Assembly: GCF_000008625.1 (NCBI RefSeq) | Contig: NC_000918.1 | Coordinates: forward strand, 180,001 to 212,000 | From: Aquifex aeolicus VF5 | GTDB taxonomy: Bacteria > Aquificota > Aquificia > Aquificales > Aquificaceae | Direction of reading: 5' to 3' | DNA: 32,000 nt | Shown: positions 28,646-32,000 of the stretch, in pieces | Layout of the letters: every line of letters begins with the position of its first letter | Numbering within the stretch: position 1 is the first letter of the stretch | Translations under genes and position numbers: made by a program | Notes under the pieces: model-generated | What the model was told of the DNA's origin: nothing | The model's input: the letters and a program-made list of their open reading frames with translations, nothing else | Databases searched by the model: none

Positions 28646-29841
28646 CAAATCTTATCAAAAGCCTGTTTTTCTAAAAATCCTACAAGGTGTTTAAACTTCC
28701 TATCCTTTTTCTTCTCCTCCTCCACGGACCTTATGGCGTGTATGACCGTAGTGTGATCCTTCCTCTTAAAAGCCCTTGCGATTTCTATCAGACTTGCGGA
28801 ACACACCTTCCTGCACAGGTACATCGCTATCTTTCTCGCCTCGCTCGTCCTTTTATTCCTCTTGTCAGAGAGTATGTCTTCCACCTTCACCGCGTAGTAA
28901 TTTGCCACAAACTCTACTATTTGCATTAGCTTGTCCCTTTCCTTCCTTTCTTTTCTTTCTAAGCCTTCAAATCCCTTTAACTTTATGAGTTTAATCTTCC
29001 CCTCTATCTCCCTTACGTTTTTCGTGTTCTCTAAAAGGTAATCAATAACTTCCTTTCTGAGTTCAAGGTTAAACTCCTTTAACTTTTCCTTTATTATCTT
29101 GAACCTCGTTTTATTGTCCAGCTCTATCTCTACCAGAATACCGCCTTCGAACCTGCTCACCAGTCTGTCAGAAACTCCGTCGAGCTTTTGAGGGTGTCTG
29201 TCTGAGGCTAGGATTATCTGCTTTTCTAGGAGGTAGAGAGTATTAAAAATGTGGAAAAACTCTATCTGAGTTCTTTCCTTCCCCGAAAGGAATTGAACGT
29301 CGTCGAGGAGAAGAAGGTCAACACTCTTGTACATATTCCTGAACTCGTTTATCGTTCCCTTTTTCAGATGTTCAACCATAGCCTGTGCAAAGTCGTCCGC
29401 CGAGGAGTATATAACTCTGTAGCCTCTCTTTTTCGCTTCGTTTCCCGCGGCCTGAAGGAGGTGTGTCTTTCCAGTTCCCACGCTACCGTATATAAAGATC
29501 GGGTTGTACAAACTTCCGAGGTTTTCTAAAGCTTCCTTTACTACCTCGTAAGCGAGTCTGTTCCCCTCACCTACTATAAAGTTCTCCAGAGTGTACTTGG
29601 GATTGAGGAAGTCCTTTATCTCTACCTTTTTCTTTTCTTCCTTTTCTTTTACCTCTATAAGTTTTCTTACTTCTTCTTCTAAGAAGGTGTTCACTATTGT
29701 CTCGAGCCACTCTCTGTAGTCTTCTCCTGGAGCTATGAACAAAAACTTTCCCTTTTCCTGTTTTATCTCGAATTTTTTCAAAAACTCCCTCGCGTAGGAG
29801 TCCACGCTCTCTATCTTCTTTATTAGTGCGTTTAGTTCCAT
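28642..29841 (-). CDS. dnaA: Chromosomal replication initiator protein DnaA
   Basis: 399 aa with Walker A GSVGTGKTHL, Walker B LLLDDVQF, sensor/box VII region, and domain IV HTH ...RKIAMYLCRKV...DHTTVIHAIRSV. Confidence 0.97.
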   Translation of the reverse strand: MELNALIKKIESVDSYAREFLKKFEIKQEKGKFLFIAPGEDYREWLETIVNTFLEEEVRKLIEVKEKEEKKKVEIKDFLNPKYTLENFIVGEGNRLAYEVVKEALENLGSLYNPIFIYGSVGTGKTHLLQAAGNEAKKRGYRVIYSSADDFAQAMVEHLKKGTINEFRNMYKSVDLLLLDDVQFLSGKERTQIEFFHIFNTLYLLEKQIILASDRHPQKLDGVSDRLVSRFEGGILVEIELDNKTRFKIIKEKLKEFNLELRKEVIDYLLENTKNVREIEGKIKLIKLKGFEGLERKERKERDKLMQIVEFVANYYAVKVEDILSDKRNKRTSEARKIAMYLCRKVCSASLIEIARAFKRKDHTTVIHAIRSVEEEKKKDRKFKHLVGFLEKQAFDKIC

Positions 29842-29855
29842 CTACAAAAAGCTCA

Positions 29856-29864
29856 TTATCCACG
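29856..29864. promoter_or_regulatory. Single DnaA-box-like site (TTATCCACg, 8/9 match to TTATCCACA) just upstream of dnaA
   Basis: On the dnaA strand it reads cGTGGATAA, and its GATAAT part (29860-29855) doubles as a -10-like hexamer 13 nt upstream of the dnaA ATG. Confidence 0.45.
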
Positions 29865-29931
29865 GGAAAGTGAAGGAGGTAAACTCAAAAAAGTCAAGGA
29901 GAGTGAAAGGGAAAAGAGGAAAGAACTTAAA

Positions 29932-30942
29932 TCACTTAAAGAGTGTTAAAAACTTTTCCCTCTCTACCGGCGGTATTTCAAGGACTTTGATGTTTTCGAG
30001 CAGGTGTTGAGTCTTGCTCATTCCTATTAGGAAAGTTCCCACTCCCGGGGTGCTCCTTACAAACTGTATGGCCACGTGAACGTCGTTTTCAAGTCCGAAG
30101 AATTCCTTTAACCTTTCGGGTACTCTTCCTATTACGTTTCCCTGATAAATGGTTGCGCTGATATACGTGTAAACGCCGAGTTCCTGTGCAGCTTCCAGAG
30201 TGGATAGCGTTTTGCCACTTACCTGCTGGTTCTTAAGCGTGAAGGCTTCCGGCATACCGAGGTTGTAGGGGAGCTGTATGAACTTAAAGTGGTGGTTTTC
30301 GCCCGCAACGCTCTTTGCTATGTCCAGAATTTCCAAAAGACTTAAGTACTGCCTAGAAGAGGGAGTAAGTCTAAAACCGTGCCACGTTGCAAAGCCGTAG
30401 AACTTGAGCTTTCCTTCCGAAACCTTCTCCTCTAAAAGTTCAAAACACTCGGCCACCTTTTTATTGAAACGATTCCTGTCCACGTAAAGGAGTTGCTCCT
30501 CTGGGTTATGTAGGAAGTACACGTCTATGTAATCGGTTTTCATGTTTTCAAGGCTTTTGTTGAAGCACCAGTTTATGAATTCCCTTCCAAGGTAGTGTCC
30601 CTGAGGTGTCATTTCAGAGAGGTCTATAATCCCCGTCTTTAGAAAGTTCTTTTCAAAGTACTCCTTAGGGTCTTCACCGCTTTCTACGTCGTAGGGGATG
30701 TATCCGCCTTTTGTGGAAACAATTACCTTTTCCCTTTCAACCTCCTGAAGGACTTTACCCACAACCCTTTCGCTCTTCATGTACCTGTAATTGATTGCGG
30801 TATCAACAACGTTTATTCCAAGCTCAACAGCCTTCTTTATCGTTTCGTAATAACCCCTGTCCGTCTCCTCGTCGAGCTCACCGAGATACGTCCCGACGCC
30901 CATTTCTGAAAGTCTTAATCCTTCAAACTCTTTGTAAAGCAT
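29932..30942 (-). CDS. Aldo/keto reductase family oxidoreductase
   Basis: 336 aa with an AKR pattern: GINVVDTAINYRY, VVGKVL, VSTKGG, YIDVYFLHNP, and C-terminal IGMSKTQHLLENI. Confidence 0.85.
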   Translation of the reverse strand: MLYKEFEGLRLSEMGVGTYLGELDEETDRGYYETIKKAVELGINVVDTAINYRYMKSERVVGKVLQEVEREKVIVSTKGGYIPYDVESGEDPKEYFEKNFLKTGIIDLSEMTPQGHYLGREFINWCFNKSLENMKTDYIDVYFLHNPEEQLLYVDRNRFNKKVAECFELLEEKVSEGKLKFYGFATWHGFRLTPSSRQYLSLLEILDIAKSVAGENHHFKFIQLPYNLGMPEAFTLKNQQVSGKTLSTLEAAQELGVYTYISATIYQGNVIGRVPERLKEFFGLENDVHVAIQFVRSTPGVGTFLIGMSKTQHLLENIKVLEIPPVEREKFLTLFK

Positions 30943-31033
30943 AATGTAGTTAATTTTAAGTTAGGAACACAGCTTGGGATTTCCTTAAGGGAATATAATA
31001 TTTATTTAGTAAATCTTTATAAGGAGTGGAGAA

Positions 31034-31816
31034 ATGTACACGCTCAGAGAACCCTACAAAGGCTACGAGGTCAAAGTAACGCTCCTGCCTATAGAGGATA
31101 TAGTAATCCCTCCCATACAGAGGGATTTATCGGAGACATTGATAAAGAAGTTAATGCTCAGCATAGAAAAAGTTGGATTTGTAGATCCCATACTCGTCGT
31201 TGAAGGAGAAGAAGGAAAGTACGAGGTGATAAACGGTCAGCACAGACTCAAGGCTGCGGAACTCCTCGGCATAAGGGAAATTCCCGCAATAATTCTGCCT
31301 CAGGAAACTAAAGACTACATAATATCCCTCAACGTTGAAAAGGCACCGAACTTAAAGGACAAGGCTCATCAGGCTTACGAGATATTCATGAAGTACCTTA
31401 AGGAAAATCCCGAAATGGAGGAAGTGGAGCTCGAAAACATGGTGGAAGAACCTTACTTCCTTACGGTTGGTTTCATTACTGACCGCTTCGGAGAAAAGAG
31501 GTTTCCCGCTTACGCCTTTGAAAAGGTTCTGAAAAAAGTAGACGAGTTTTTAGGTCTTCCCCTGGAGGAAGCGGAGAGGGAAAGGGAAAACAGGGCAAAC
31601 GTCCTGAGAGACGTCAGGGAAGTTATGGAGGAGAAGTATCAGGAACTCGGACTCACAAACGCCCTTCACAAGGAAGCGATAATTTCTAAAGCCTTCCAGT
31701 CCGTGTACGGAAAGAGAGTAAGGAAGGTAGATGACGACTTTTATACGGTATTTGAAAAGATAAAGGAAGCCATACCCAGAGTTTCCTTTACCGAAGAAGA
31801 GCTGGAAAGCTTTTAA
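31034..31816 (+). CDS. ParB/Srx-fold N-terminal domain protein with an NGQHR motif and a helical C-terminal region of unknown function
   Basis: LLPIEDIVIPPIQRDL...DPILVV...YEVINGQHRLKAAELLGIREIPAII matches the ParB-like nuclease domain pattern. SD AAGGAGTGG is upstream. There is no canonical GERRxRA box and no obvious ParB HTH. Confidence 0.7.
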   Translation: MYTLREPYKGYEVKVTLLPIEDIVIPPIQRDLSETLIKKLMLSIEKVGFVDPILVVEGEEGKYEVINGQHRLKAAELLGIREIPAIILPQETKDYIISLNVEKAPNLKDKAHQAYEIFMKYLKENPEMEEVELENMVEEPYFLTVGFITDRFGEKRFPAYAFEKVLKKVDEFLGLPLEEAERERENRANVLRDVREVMEEKYQELGLTNALHKEAIISKAFQSVYGKRVRKVDDDFYTVFEKIKEAIPRVSFTEEELESF

Positions 31817-32000
31817 AGAACGAATACTTCCGAGGTTATCTTTGGCTCTACTTCCTCTCCGAGTATTAACTTAATTAACCTCTCTAAATTCTGAGACCTG
31901 TCCGTAAAGTAAAGCTCAAGACTTCCGCTTCCTTCGTTTTTTACAAAGTCCTTTAAGGATTTCGCGGTTGCACGGGAGGAGTCTATCACATTCACACCTT
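31813..32000 (-). CDS. murI: Glutamate racemase, C-terminal fragment (5' end outside the window)
   Basis: The frame is open to the window edge. ...GVNVIDSSRATAKSLKDFV... resembles the C-terminal region of MurI (V.lIDSg.a.A). The stop overlaps the ParB-like gene stop (TTAA). Confidence 0.6.
   Translation of the reverse strand, partial: GVNVIDSSRATAKSLKDFVKNEGSGSLELYFTDRSQNLERLIKLILGEEVEPKITSEVFVL

Noticed and set aside
29567-29863. 98-aa basic ORF (R/K-rich) overlapping the dnaA 5' region in another frame on the same strand
   Set aside because: It lies in an alternative frame of the well-supported dnaA N-terminus. Its composition comes from the AAG/GAA/AGG-rich sequence.
28642-29931. oriC adjacent to dnaA
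   Set aside because: There is only one DnaA-box-like site, no box cluster and no AT-rich unwinding element. The flanks are a 90-bp gap and an overlapping convergent gene.

Overview
The window is a very compact, gene-dense chromosomal segment from a hyperthermophile. From memory, the protein sequences (399-aa DnaA, IleRS, MutS, SerRS, GlmS, TrmI) look like Aquifex aeolicus or a close relative; BLAST should confirm this. About 33 protein-coding genes are supported. Most are housekeeping: nth, miaB, smpB, comM/yifB, serS, glmS, ileS, mutS, trmI, pgpA, dnaA and a murI fragment. There is also a MacAB/Lol-like HlyD-FtsX-ABC transporter, an MthK-like K+ channel, a PAS histidine kinase with an OmpR-type regulator, two TetR regulators, and a TetR-linked BcrA/HgdC-type double-ATPase activase with a dehydratase-like partner. 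I saw no rRNA, tRNA, CRISPR array, transposase or integrase. Intergenic space is minimal: co-directional genes overlap by ATGA, convergent genes overlap at TTAA, and divergent gaps are 28-38 bp. The clearest anomaly lies in the only obviously accessory, AT-richer locus, a vapBC toxin-antitoxin pair downstream of mutS. The PIN-toxin gene is split because an internal 96-bp segment (23813..23908) lies on the opposite strand. Reverse-complementing that segment restores a single in-frame 138-aa PIN ORF with all four conserved acidic residues. Secondary observations:
- -10-like hexamers sit 6-8 nt from start codons that lack Shine-Dalgarno sequences, which suggests leaderless mRNAs. One example is a palindromic AATTATAATT shared by divergent serS and glmS.
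- Two unannotated small ORFs fall below the ORF-track cutoff.
- A non-canonical ParB-fold protein carries an NGQHR motif.
- A single DnaA box overlaps the putative dnaA -10 element, with no oriC-like box cluster nearby.
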